The position numbers were made by a program, and so were the translations under genes. From Octopus bimaculoides (lineage: Eukaryota): DNA of 52,285 bases. The stretch covers positions 33,256,597 through 33,308,881 of the forward strand of contig NC_068988.1 in the NCBI RefSeq assembly GCF_001194135.2, in the 5' to 3' direction. Each line of letters begins with the position of its first letter. The stretch's first letter is position 1. Under the pieces are notes generated by a model. It was not told where the DNA came from. It worked only from the letters and a program-made list of their open reading frames with translations, and ran no database searches. Positions 10,301-23,136 of this stretch are shown here, in pieces.

Positions 10301-13122
10301 AGAATCAAGGGAAACTTGTGAAATATTTGGAAAAATGAAAATAAATTCTTCTTTCTGATAAGAAACTAGAATAGAATGTAATATTAATTTTGACAAATAT
10401 TTCTTATGCAATAACTACATTATGTTTCACAGTAACGACCACTAAATTAACGTTATATAATATTTAGGAATGGGTGAAATAGTGCATATAGTAAGTAAAT
10501 TACCGATTGTATGCGAGGTATATAATACGTGGGCGAATTCTGACATTAAACACCTTGATAATTGGATTATGTGCAGAATATGAAAGTTCAAACATTCGCA
10601 AGAAAGCGTATCTGCGAGAGTCCTTAATATCTTAAACCCTTTATATGTAATTTAATTATTACTGTGGCACTCCCTTTGACTCTATGAGAGCTAGTAGAAT
10701 CCAATTAATATTGTAAAGAAGAAATTTTTATTCTTAATACTTGTTTGTAGAAATGCAACTTTATTTCTTGGTGATGAACGTGTAGAAAATTTACAACTGC
10801 CATCTAAATGTTGTCTAAACTATTCATCATAATTATATAAACGAATAACCAAACAGATAGCCAAAAGTTTATAATGTCTACAAATCGTTAGTTGTATAAC
10901 GATAGCTGGTGTACAAATTAACGTTAGAATAGAATGAGTGAAAAATAGATTTGATTGGCATATTTAGGAAACTGATAATTGAATCTTTAAAATAACAATA
11001 ATTAACAGCATAAAAGAATACAATAATTAAAAGCTAATATTATTCGCGTGGATTTGCTCCTAAATACAAAACTGTTTCTTAATTAATATAGGTATGAGAA
11101 AAAATGGCAATATTGATTTTTAACTCTTGATATAGTCATTGATATGTGGTATGTTAATATAGTGTAATATATCCAAATGTAATATATCCAAGATGGTGAA
11201 GAAAGGCGATGGTTTTAAAACGAGAATTAAACTCAGAAAGAATTTTACGTTCTAATTATTTGATAGGACACTATTTTTGATGCCAGCATAATATACTACA
11301 AAATGTATTAAACACTTTATAAGTCAAAACTATGTCCTAAAATACTAGTAGTGCTATCAAATCATTTTTAATTTTAGCTCTATAGATTTTCTATAGGATA
11401 GCTAATGGCTTGAAGGGGCAAGAACGCCTGGAGTATGCACATACACCAATTACTTATATTGCCATCTTCGATCACATTATTTACATAAAACGTATTCTTA
11501 TACGAAACATCGCAATAAATCAGTGGTGGATATAATTTCTATAGAAATTCTGTTGAGATAATCTTAAAAAGTTTATATTCTAAAACTTCCAAGTTTAAAA
11601 GACCTTACACTCTTCAATGATTTGCTTCCCGCCTCGTGCAAGAATATCCCTTCTAATACGATATTGCATTTCTCACTATGTTACACTTATATCACGTAAC
11701 ATTCATACGAAAACAAAATACCCCATGTTGCATAGCTCTGTACCCATTAAAATGAGACTGAGAAAGCATTCTACAGTATAAGAAACTTTTCTTTTTCTTT
11801 CACTTCCAATACAATTCCAAGTTTTAATAATATGAAGAAAACGTCGCAACAAGATTTCCTTGACCATGAGTAAAATTTGTAGAGTGTTCAAGTTCGTTCC
11901 AAAAATAATAGTTTACAAAGATGATCGTGGTGTCCACTGAGGAAAGCAACACTCAGAAGCAGATAGGAGAGCGACGGAATTTGACACCTCTTATTCGGAG
12001 CTGGAGTGTCTGGTGCTACATATAAAGAGTGCTGTAGAAGGTTCAAAGATATGGAACTTACCCGAGGCCAGACCACCGATAGATATACATACTCACGCCA
12101 GCTTAATTTATTTCGTCCTTAGTCGAAAGACACCTATTGTTATGTCCTGTTATTTTTATTGTAGTCGTGTAACATTTTGTCGTTTTTTTCCATCCTTGTT
12201 TTGTAAACATTAGCTGCTTTCTTCCAAGGAATCTANNNNNNNNNNNNNNNNNNNNNNNNNNNNNNNNNNNNNNNNNNNNNNNNNNNNNNNNNNNNNNNNN
12301 NNNNNNNNNNNNNNNNNNNNNNNNNNNNNNNNNNNNNNNNNNNNNNNNNNNNNNNNNNNNNNNNNNNNNNNNNNNNNNNNNNNNNNNNNNNNNNNNNNNN
12401 NNNNNNNNNNNNNNNNNNNNNNNNNNNNNNNNNNNNNNNNNNNNNNNNNNNNNNNNNNNNNNNNNNNNNNNNNNNNNNNNNNNNNNNNNNNNNNNNNNNN
12501 NNNNNNNNNNNNNNNNNNNNNNNNNNNNNNNNNNNNNNNNNNNNNNNNNNNNNNNNNNNNNNNNNNNNNNNNNNNNNNNNNNNNNNNNNNNNNNNNNNNN
12601 NNNNNNNNNNNNNNNNNNNNNNNNNNNNNNNNNNNNNNNNNNNNNNNNNNNNNNNNNNNNNNNNNNNNNNNNNNNNNNNNNNNNNNNNNNNNNNNNNNNN
12701 NNNNNNNNNNNNNNNNNNNNNNNNNNNNNNNNNNNNNNNNNNNNNNNNNNNNNNNNNNNNNNNNNNNNNNNNNNNNNNNNNNNNNNNNNNNNNNNNNNNN
12801 NNNNNNNNNNNNNNNNNNNNNNNNNNNNNNNNNNNNNNNNNNNNNNNNNNNNNNNNNNNNNNNNNNNNNNNNNNNNNNNNNNNNNNNNNNNNNNNNNNNN
12901 NNNNNNNNNNNNNNNNNNNNNNNNNNNNNNNNNNNNNNNNNNNNNNNNNNNNNNNNNNNNNNNNNNNNNNNNNNNNNNNNNNNNNNNNNNNNNNNNNNNN
13001 NNNNNNNNNNNNNNNNNNNNNNNNNNNNNNNNNNNNNNNNNNNNNNNNNNNNNNNNNNNNNNNNNNNNNNNNNNNNNNNNNNNNNNNNNATATATATTTC
13101 CATAGTTTAGAAGTGTGATTAC

Positions 13123-13203
13123 GATGACGGATCGGGACGCCCATCAACCTTCACCACTGACGAGAAGATTCAGCAAGATCGAGACATGGCAATGGTGAAC
13201 CGA
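13123..13203 (+). mobile_element. mariner transposase N-terminal fragment
   Basis: Translates DDGSGRPSTFTTDEKIQQDRDMAMVNR, matching the mariner D..RSGRPST..T.E.I..V..MV..DRR segment. Confidence 0.6.
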
Positions 13204-13977
13204 TTCAGGGTTGCACTGTAAAACCAGAAAGTAAAATGGTGCGATCACGCTCAAGATTCCGTCACATGATCACAATATTACCAACTATAAGTACGCATGC
13301 GCAGAAGACAGTATGACAATAATAAAGGTATGTTACTATGAAACTGCTGAAAATTTTGTATCTATACAAAATGTGTATATATACATATATATATCAACAC
13401 ATGCATAGGCACACAGGTATACATCTACACAACATATACACACACAGACATATACCTACACACACATATACATGCATTTATATATATATATATATATNNN
13501 NNNNNNNNNNNNNNNNNNNNNNNNNNNNNNNNNNNNNNNNNNNNNNNNNNNNNNNNNNNNNNNNNNNNNNNNNNNNNNNNNNNNNNNNNNNNNNNNNNNN
13601 NNNNNNNNNNNNNNNNNNNNNNNNNNNNNNNNNNNNNNNNNNNNNNNNNNNNNNNNNNNNNNNNNNNNNNNNNNNNNNNNNNNNNNNNNNNNNNNNNNNN
13701 NNNNNNNNNNNNNNNNNNNNNNNNNNNNNNNNNNNNNNNNNNNNNNNNNNNNNNNNNNNNNNNNNNNNNNNNNNNNNNNNNNNNNNNNNNNNNNNNNNNN
13801 NNNNNNNNNNNNNNNNNNNNNNNNNNNNNNNNNNNNNNNNNNNNNNNNNNNNNNNNNNNNNNNNNNNNNNNNNNNNNNNNNNNNNNNNNNNNNNNNNNNN
13901 NNNNNNNNNNNNNNNNNNNNNNNNNNNNNNNNNNNNNNNNNNNNNNNNNNNNNNNNNNNNNNNNNNNNNNNNNNNNN

Positions 13978-14218
13978 GACCTAAATTGTTCTCAACATGA
14001 AATATAGCAGCATACCAAAACGTAAGCGGGCAAGACATTTAAAATCAACTGCGGTTACATTACAAATCAGGCTGAAGAGGAATAGACAATCGGTAAGATT
14101 CGTTAAATCCGAAACCGGTCCCTGTTTAAGAATGTGTTTTTCTTTAGGTGATTTTAAATGTCTTGCCCGCTTACGTTTTGGTATGCTGCTATATTTCATG
14201 TTGAGAACAATTTAGGTC
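13978..14218. mobile_element. 241-bp foldback element: perfect 70-bp inverted repeats around a 101-bp spacer
   Basis: 13978-14047 is the exact reverse complement of 14149-14218 (checked base by base). TTAA follows at 14219-14222. The left side abuts an N-gap. Confidence 0.85.
14068..14124 (+). ncRNA. minimal type I hammerhead ribozyme
   Basis: Stem I CAGG(14068-71)/CCTG(14121-24); core CTGAAGA (14072-78); stem II GGA/TCC with internal AATC/GATT hairpin; GAAA (14111-14); palindromic stem III ACCGGT; GUC triplet 14118-14120. Confidence 0.85.
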
Positions 14219-16477
14219 TTAATACACAAAATGTGATCTATTTCTAGCACATTAATTGTCCACGTTAGTGGTCAACGTTATATATAAAAATATATATATA
14301 GACAGATAGAGAGAGAGAGGGAAATACATAAATATAAACGTATGTATATAAAGACAAATATATACACACACATACATATATACATGTGTAAGCATACACA
14401 GATATACATATCGCAGTACACACACACATATACACACATGCCTAAATGTTCTAATATATTTCTATGTTGGTGCAAGTGTATGTATGTATGTTTATATACC
14501 CATACACGTATATAATCTACACGCTTACACACACACAAACTTACACCTGTATACATATACTCACACATATATAAATATACCCCCACGCACATGTATATAC
14601 ATATATATATGTGTGTATCTGTGTTTATACACACACATACACACATCCATGTACACAAATATAAACATGAGAGGATGTGCATCCATTCAAACATATATTC
14701 CTATATAAATTTCTATGCATAGACACATACATACATACCTATATACATGCACACACACAAACATATATATATATATATATATATANNNNNNNNNNNNNNN
14801 NNNNNNNNNNNNNNNNNNNNNNNNNNNNNNNNNNNNNNNNNNNNNNNNNNNNNNNNNNNNNNNNNNNNNNNNNNNNNNNNNNNNNNNNNNNNNNNNNNNN
14901 NNNNNNNNNNNNNNNNNNNNNNNNNNNNNNNNNNNNNNNNNNNNNNNNNNNNNNNNNNNNNNNNNNNNNNNNNNNNNNNNNNNNNNNNNNNNNNNNNNNN
15001 NNNNNNNNNNNNNNNNNNNNNNNNNNNNNNNNNNNNNNNNNNNNNNNNNNNNNNNNNNNNNNNNNNNNNNNNNNNNNNNNNNNNNNNNNNNNNNNNNNNN
15101 NNNNNNNATATATACACTTAAACATACATTCAAATATATGTACATAGACATAGAGAAAGAGATTGACAAAGGGATGAGGAAAAACACCTGCATATAACTT
15201 TTGGGTGCATAAAATAGTGCATAAAAGAGTATATATTCTTATGTAGTTTTCATTATTCAGCCAGTGTTTGGCTGGTGTCTTTCAGTGGATTGTCGGTATG
15301 GTAGTTCCAGTCCTTTTTGTCTTATTTTTTCTTCTTGTAAGATATTCATCCTCTATCCTGTGAATATACTACTAGCTAAAATATATGCAACGCAAATTTT
15401 CTTTTCAAGTAAAACTGATGTCAAAAAGCATTTAAATCAGTTTTGTTTGCAGATCAAATTCTAAAGAGATTATTTTGTCTTGTTCAATCCAGATAATGAA
15501 GACCTAACGAAAAATAATATCGTTGACTGCATTCCTACTGATTGCTCAAACACAACAGTTCAACATAACGAATTAGCCAAATTTAAATCTTACAGCTGTT
15601 ATAAACTACAATTTTGATTTACGTAATAATAGTAATAAGAATGATATAAAGCAGTTTCGATTGTACGATAAGCACTACTTATCATTTATTTGATTGTTCT
15701 ATACACTATGAACGTTTTGAAATGGTGATTTTATCTGCATTTAGCGAGACAAGTATAATGGAATTACTAACGCGGACGAATTTATGTGATTTCGCTCTCG
15801 TCAAAAAGCTACTATTTCGATATATCTTCTTGCTGTCTTGAAGAAAATTATGTCGCCTTGTTCTTAATAACAATTCAGTCGCATACGTGTAAAAATAATA
15901 TATATGTAAACTGAGCTGCAATGTCTAGAAGTTTGATAAAAACAATCGTTTTTGTGAATTGTGATGTATGTATCATCATTGATCTCTCTCAAATTTACAA
16001 TTAACTCCAATATATATTTAGCATTATCTAAAATGGACATTTTGCTGCAGATCAGTGAATTTGACATTGCAAATCTAAACTTGCTGTTTAAGTCGTTCCG
16101 TATACATTATGCTGAAAACGCAGTTTAGAATTTCAATAAAGTTACTTAGATTTATATCCCGTCTTTCAAAGTAACAAAAGTACTATAAATATGTGCAAAT
16201 ATGAGAGAACTAAATGTTTCAAGTTCATTTTCTTTGGTGCGATTTTACAATTCTGCTTTGTTATATTTTATTTCAAGTTATATATATATATAACTTGAAA
16301 TAAAATATAACAAAGCAGAATTGTATATATNNNNNNNNNNNNNNNNNNNNNNNNNNNNNNNNNNNNNNNNNNNNNNNNNNNNNNNNNNNNNNNNNNNNNN
16401 NNNNNNNNNNNNNNNNNNNNNNNNNNNNNNNNNNNNNNNNNNNNNNNNNNNNNNNNNNNNNNNNNNNNNNNNNNNNN

Positions 16478-16542
<65 letters not shown>

Positions 16543-17099
16543 TGAATACACAAACTCAGACATTAGGAGTGGAATGCCCTGATGAGTTTGAATATTGGAA
16601 TATATTGGTACAAGCAAACACTGGACTTAGTTATTAGACGCATACAGAAATCTTTAGGGAAACTTTGGTGGGGCTTTGCAAGTAGTAACAGCCACATTTA
16701 CCCTCATATTATAGAAAACTGCCAGCCAATAGAGTCAAATCATAATATAATTGTAGATATGCAAATTGTAAAAGTAGGGGGTAGGGTGAACATACAGGGA
16801 AAGATTAATTTGTGATCATATATGTGCGAATAATGTGTTCACCTAGCCTAGGGCTACACAGCAACAAATTTTCTGATAATTGTCTGTGTATCACCGAGGG
16901 AGAGGATAATCAACATTTGAGCGTTGCTTTTATTATTTTCTATTTTATGTAATACAGTTAACACATTCTGACAGCCTACTATGCTCCATTGATGTGATTG
17001 CGTTCCAGTATAATATCATTAGCTACTTCTACACAAGAAGAGCTTTCCTAATGTTGTTTCAGGTTGTTCATTAACTGATAATGGTTTCTTATGATACTT

Positions 17100-17780
17100 C
17101 TGCCAGGTGGGAACCACATAAAATACCTGGGATTTTCATCAAATAAATTCAGATACTATCACTCTCAAAGTATATTCAACCTGATAATGAGATTCTTGTA
17201 ATAATCCTGTATAATTCAAATCTGGTAATTGCTTTTATTTATTTTCCTCATGTTATAATTCACATAAACATCTACCCTATTGTATGTCCATATTCACTCC
17301 TATTATAATACACAATGATGTAATGCAAATGATCTCACATATGTGAATGAAAGTGCCATGATACTAAATTCGAATGTCTTTATAGATTGCTTCTTCTTCG
17401 TCTATATAATTTCCTTCCTCACAATGTTACTTTAACAGATTTTATCTATTCAATGACTTCATCTCACACAATTACACAACCTCTTGTTATTCATAGAAAT
17501 TTCGTTTCCATCCGAATTACGAAGTATCTCCTTTCTGTGATGTTGGACCACTTCAAATCATCAGTTACCTTAACTGTATTTTTTCATACTTGGATGTTTA
17601 TATAAATCCAACGTAAGAAGTGAAGATTGTGCTGAAGGAGAATCGTTTTCCATAGGTGTATATATTTTGTCACGTACTGCATTTTATGTTATAAAATATC
17701 TTGTAATATCTGAGTATCCTATAGTTCCTTTTCTTGCAGTTTTAGTATCATGTCACTGTTCTTTGAGAAAGACGTATTGG
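17100..17780 (-). mobile_element. possible highly decayed L1/Tx1 reverse-transcriptase remnant
   Basis: Fragments LRWIYINIQV*KNTVKVTDDL, ITRGCV and MKIPGILCG fall in the order expected for L1 RT motifs. Many stops. Confidence 0.3.
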
Positions 17781-18119
17781 CCATTATTAAGAACCATTTC
17801 TCATTACTTACTTGGCGTATAAAGTATCGTGTTCTAAAACGTCTAGCATGATATCTACACGTTTAAAGATCCCGATACTCCTTTGGTTACATATTACGTT
17901 GAGGATTCAAATAGTCACGATGTTGTGGTTGCCCTACTGTGGAGCTTTACGCATACATACACTAATACATAAAGGCGTACATAGATATATAGACAAATAC
18001 ATATAAATATAAATATTTTATACGATAAATGTGTGTGCGAGTGTATATATCTGTATATCTTTTTCTCTTTCTATATATATATATATATATATATAAATAT
18101 ATATATATTGATAGGAAAT

Positions 18120-20495
18120 TATAAATTTTATTTCTAGCCATAAGTGTCAAACACAGAGGGAGCAACATAAGTTATGTGGGGACATATAACAATTAAAATA
18201 AAAATTATGAAAATATGAATGATAAATGATAATGATATATGAAGAATGTGCCACTTACACCACCTCAGCAGCATCATTTACGTCCTTTCATATCCAATTA
18301 AAAATAATCCCATATTGACCCACTAAGTTTTCATATTCTATTCCGTCTGGTACGTCCTTTATGTTGCATACCACTTCTCTGTATTCTACAACTTCTTTAC
18401 AGTCTCTAATTATCCTTATTCTGCATTCCGGCACTAATGCGCCAAAAACCATTTTTTCCTTTTTTTCTTTCTCTTCATGTTTATGACTTTTACATCCCTC
18501 CATTACATTAACTTATCCATCACTTCCATTTTTACACCTTTCAATAAAGCGCAAGCATAAAAAGTGGGAGGGCCGTTTTGCGATTTTTTGTATGACTGCT
18601 GCTCTTTTTTTCTTTTTGTGTCGGTGGGGAATGGGTGGGTTTGGTGTCTGCAGGGGAAGGGTGGGTTTGAGAAGGTATGTGTGGAGTGAGTACGGGCTGT
18701 AGTTCCCTTCAGGGGGATTACCTCCACCCTGATCTTGGAATTTCGTCCAAGGTGTATGGGTAGAAGGATTACCCTTTCCGTTTCCATCCATTTTACAGAG
18801 TTTCCTTTCACTTTTTCTTTGTTCTTAAAATATACATCAATAGTAACGTATTGACTTCCTCTGGCGAGATACGCTATGTATTGCCAGATTAGCCTCAATG
18901 CCTTTTCAAGTCTGTCAGTTCATTTTCTAATCTTTTCTCCTTGATAGAATTAACTTTATGCACAAACTGTTTCTCCTCTATTTTCTTTAGCATGTCTTGT
19001 GGTCGTGGTAATTACACGGTACCCACTTCTTTTTCCAACATTTTCTCATTTTTTAAAAAATTATTGACGGTTACCTCTTTCTTTTGCACCTACATCACCT
19101 CCCCAAAACTTTTAATAACCTTGTCCATCTTCTTTACAGCTTCTACCAGATCCTCTTCAGACGAATACAGTTCCGAGTACTCCACTTCTGATTCACTCAC
19201 GTCCGAATAAGCTTGAGTCACCCTCCTCAAAATGTTGAGGGAGAGCTCAACCAGAAAAAAACCGCTACAAAGCAGCATACAGCAATCAAAATTTCACAAA
19301 AACGATACAAACGTTTTGTTTCTTTATTGCCCACAAGCGGCCACGAAGATAATACATTATAAGGAAATGTGGGGACACATGATAGACAGGGGAAAAAAGA
19401 CGAAAGAAGAAACAAAAAACTATGCTATAAAGGCTGAGAGATGAAAATGAGAAATGGAATGAAGCTTCCCCAGCCTCACTATTGAGTTACTTCATTTTTA
19501 CCTCTGTTCATTTTTTCTTTCTCTACTCGGAGCCTTCCAAAATATCAACACCATGCACCTTCAGTAAAAATGTGTAGTTCATGTTCTACGGTAAATCCTG
19601 AATGACCAAATCAACCTCCCATATTTTATATCTATTTTTGAATTTTACAATTTTCCTTTCCCGTTCCTCGTCCAACGACAGGCCGCAATGCCACCCTTGC
19701 ACGTTGTCGAACATGCGAGTGTCTACTACTCCAATGTCCTACCACTTTTTAATTTCTTCACACAAGTTTCTATTAGTGTCATCGAGCATACTAACATAGT
19801 TTCCTTTTTTCTTTGTTTCAGGTGGAGGGAGTTTGAATGACTTGTCTGACTGTATTTGTTTTTTGTTTCTGTGTTGCCGAACGATTGTGTTGCGGAAATT
19901 GCCGAACGATTGTCAAACGATTGTCAAACGATTTGGCATTTAGAGAACTTGTACCGAAGGATCGCCTGGGATTCAGTATTTTACCTGGTTTTCTCTTTTG
20001 TTTCTTCCTTTTCTGCTCTGGTGTCACCCATTCGCCTTCTGTTTCTGCTGCTGGTGGTATTATTTTCTCATTTTCTCTTACTGCTTCTTCCTTTTTTTCT
20101 TATCGAGGGCAGTTTGCATTAATGTGACCTTTCTGGCTACACTTGTAGCATCTGGGTATCCTGCCCTCTATACTCTCTAATATTTGCATTCTTCTTCATC
20201 TGTTCCTACTTCCACCGCTTGCACAGTTTTAGACTTTAATTCCTCCTCACCTTCATATGTCTCCTTGGTTTCCGTAGATTTTATATTGCTTTTGCTTTCT
20301 TCCTCTTGGAGCTGATAAACTCATCACTCCCCTCTTTCACTTCGTTACTTTTCTTTATATTGCTGACTCGCTCACCATCACTTTTATCTTCTTTCTCCTT
20401 TTCTTTCTCTTGTTCCCCCCCCCTTTTTCCTAAAGCGTAAATTCCTCCAAGGGGCATGGACCTTCATATGGCCCCGTGTCCCACAAATGTAGCCG
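18120..20495 (-). mobile_element. mosaic of LINE ORF1/gag-like fragments with two CCHC knuckles and no EN/RT
   Basis: IEGRIPRCYKCSQKGHINANCP (~20105-20170) and degenerate (C)YICGTRGHMKV.CP (~20450-20495), each followed by a K/E-rich tail. ORF1-like LRLIWQYIAYLARGSQYVTIDVYF...ILLPIHLGRNSKIRVE at 18700-19260. AATAAA near 18126 is followed by (TA)n. Confidence 0.65.
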
Positions 20496-20831
20496 TCATA
20501 TGGCAGTAATTTTATTCAGCTGAATACACGTCATTCATTGGTTGAAATTACCGAAATATGACAACTTTAACACGAAATAACTTTGAAAATACAAAATTTT
20601 CTCAATAACACTAAGAGTAAAATAGGTTTTATGTGACACATTCTACCAGTATCCGAAGTTTGAAAGTGTTTAGTTACAAAACAGTGCCGTTCAAAGGGTA
20701 AAAATCCGACTATTTAATTTTTTAACTCTAATTATTGATGTAGACTGGCAGCCGTTTTGTGTAATGAACTTTTAAGTTTAAATGGTTGCTTTGACATTAT
20801 ATTTCTAAGTCCAAGTTCTGAAAACATAATT

Positions 20832-20966
20832 TGTGAAGCCAGATTTTATGAATCCAAATTTCCGGAATCCATATATTTTGAAAACCAAAGTTGCGAGGCC
20901 AATTTTGGACGAAACCAAATTTGTGAATCCAGAGTTGGTGAAGCCGGGTTTCTAAGTCAGAATTTC
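20832..20966 (+). repeat. degenerate 15-bp tandem repeat, about 9 units
   Basis: TGTGAAGCCAGATTT/TATGAATCCAAATTT/CCGGAATCCATATAT/TTTGAAAACCAAAGT/TGCGAGGCCAATTTT/GGACGAAACCAAATT/TGTGAATCCAGAGTT/GGTGAAGCCGGGTTT... Confidence 0.75.
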
Positions 20967-21270
20967 TGAACTATATATGTTTTACCTTTATAAATATTTT
21001 GCCTGCACGTCTAGTGTAGCATTAATTTATTTTGTCCGTATATATTTGTTTTGTATGTAGGCTGGTTGTGTATGGTGACACTTAATTATTAATAGTAATT
21101 TTTAAAAACTTCATGATGTTTTGGTGTTCTGGCTTCACCCCATCATTGTCGGTTGTGTAAATTCTTGTTATCGCCACCCTGTCGTAATACATACATACAT
21201 ATATATATATATATANNNNNNNNNNNNNNNNNNNNNNNNNNNNNNNNNNNNNNNNNNNNNNNNNNNNNNN

Positions 21271-21348
<78 letters not shown>

Positions 21349-21378
21349 AAGAGAGAGACAGAGAGAGAGAGATAGAGA
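21271..21378. repeat. (TG)n-(TA)n-(GA)n compound microsatellite
   Basis: Direct inspection. Confidence 0.95.
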
Positions 21379-22307
21379 GAACTTATAGCTCCTTGTATAA
21401 CATATTTTACTGAACTTAATTTTGCTTAATGTGTTAGAGGAGCACGGTTAACGTTAATATTTAATGCGAAGAAATGTAATGTTATCTAGTTATATTTTGT
21501 TCCTTCCAATCACATCGTTTTGAAAACAAGTCATTCTTTATGACCTTCGATAATGTAGATATTCCTCAAATTTAAATTCGAATACCTTATACTCTTATCC
21601 CAACCAAGTTAACTAATCTATTTTTTTCTTCGATTTGCTAGCTAATAATCGAATTCATTAACAATTAATGCGTTCGATATACATAACTATACAGTACAAC
21701 TTTGTACATATTTCAATATTGAAAATAATTGCTGTCTGTTGTGTTTGGGGACAGTCATTTCACGTTTTTAGTCATACATTTGTTATCCATAGGATAAGAA
21801 TTTGTGTTTACACATTGTGAAGTTTTCGTTGTGTTTATTAAGCAATTTTAACCCCAAAATTACCACACCTGATTTATAGTTAATGGCATAATAGAAGTTA
21901 TTGTTTGTTTAAGAGTGAATGGAGAGGGTACAATTTACAATGGTTTCGATAAAAATGCTTTCTGTTCTTAAGAAGGAACAGAAAGTGTATATTGTTTCAT
22001 CGTATAAAAGGGGGTTAATAAGATTTTGTCCAGAAATCACGTTTTCAGAATTTGAATTTCAATCCATCCCCACCGCAATTTCTTAATTTGTAAATATTTT
22101 TCGAATTTTTCTATTGTTATCTATATCGAAAATACAGAGATTACGAATCTGGGAAATATATATATATATATATANNNNNNNNNNNNNNNNNNNNNNNNNN
22201 NNNNNNNNNNNNNNNNNNNNNNNNNNNNNNNNNNNNNNNNNNNNNNNNNNNNNNNNNNNNNNNNNNNNNNNNNNNNNNNNNNNNNNNNNNNNNNNNNNNN
22301 NNNNNNN

Positions 22308-22340
<33 letters not shown>

Positions 22341-22399
22341 GTTTAATTTTTTTTAAAGAAACACTCGATGCTCCTTCTCCGACTTCACCCATCCATCAT

Positions 22400-22800
22400 C
22401 TACCCGCTTTGAAAAAGCTAAAATCTCCCAGGCGTCGAATTCTACTGAAATAGCAGACATAAAAAATACCAGACCAATACCAGAAGACCCGACATGCTAG
22501 AAACAACAGGTAAACGTTATTATTTCTGAAGAAACTTAGACGCTTTCTAAAAAGGTAACAGTGAAACATCGGGAGTGTGTAGCTCTTTGAAAGTGGCGAG
22601 GTGATGCTTAAAATAATTAAAGATTCGTACTCTGTTTTTTCCTCATGTATTACCGAGAAAACAAATTTGAAAAAAGTTGAAAATAAATTTGATGTAGAGA
22701 GGGAGAAAATTAAAGTATTGGGAACGTATTTTGAGAGTGAAATCTTAATTTCTTGTATCGCAAACATAGGAATCGGAAGAAATTTAGGAAATTAAATAGG
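22400..22800 (+). mobile_element. decayed L1/Tx1-type RT fragment
   Basis: IADIKNTRPI resembles IKNWRPISLL. VFSSCITEKTNLKK and KIKVLGTYF resemble the late RT motifs (KIN..KS, K.LG). Internally deleted. Confidence 0.45.
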
Positions 22801-23024
22801 GGGAGTGGTGAATATGTCACCTCGGTGATGCTAGAAAGAAGTGGTAAAGGACAGAACTTCTAGGAAAACGTCTTTTCAAGTTTATATCGAAGATCCGGTT
22901 TTTAAGTACGCTCATCATAAACAGGAATTACACAATAGAAAAAGATAATTTCAATTCGAATTGAGGTGTTAATTTCAGTGTGCGCACAGCAAGAAATATA
23001 ATACGTACAGAAGTTTTACCTAAA

Positions 23025-23136
23025 GTGTCTATGTGTGTGAGTGTGTATGTGTGTGAGTGTCTATGTGTGTGAGGGTGTATGTGTGTGAGTGTGTATGTGT
23101 GTGAGTGTGTATGTGTGTGAGTGTGTATGTGTGCAA
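23025..23136 (+). repeat. 16-bp minisatellite GTGTGTATGTGTGTGA x7
   Basis: Seven consecutive units with few substitutions. Confidence 0.9.

Noticed and set aside
11850-12130. GC-richer block with several short ORFs
   Set aside because: No recognisable motif in any frame and no convincing splice-site pair.
13150-13200. CTGACGA...CGAGAC with TTCACCA/TGGTGAA flanks, resembling a hammerhead
   Set aside because: GAGA instead of GAAA, stem III unpaired and stem I out of register. The region is better explained as mariner coding sequence.
13981-14215. Two 72-aa ORFs with identical ends on opposite strands
   Set aside because: A consequence of the perfect inverted repeat; no evidence of protein coding.
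16575-16660. CTGATGAG core-like motif (others at 1395, 8355, 17558, 26562, 43777, 51690)
   Set aside because: No correctly placed C-GAAA, stem III or stem I partner.
20500-20701. Possible non-autonomous DNA element ending AAAGGGTAA (piggyBac-like end); a similar TTAACCCT start at ~43935
   Set aside because: The matching opposite terminus was not found, so the family cannot be supported.
20832-23136. Regularly spaced repeats considered as a CRISPR array
   Set aside because: The units are contiguous with no unique spacers, there are no cas genes, and the context is eukaryotic.
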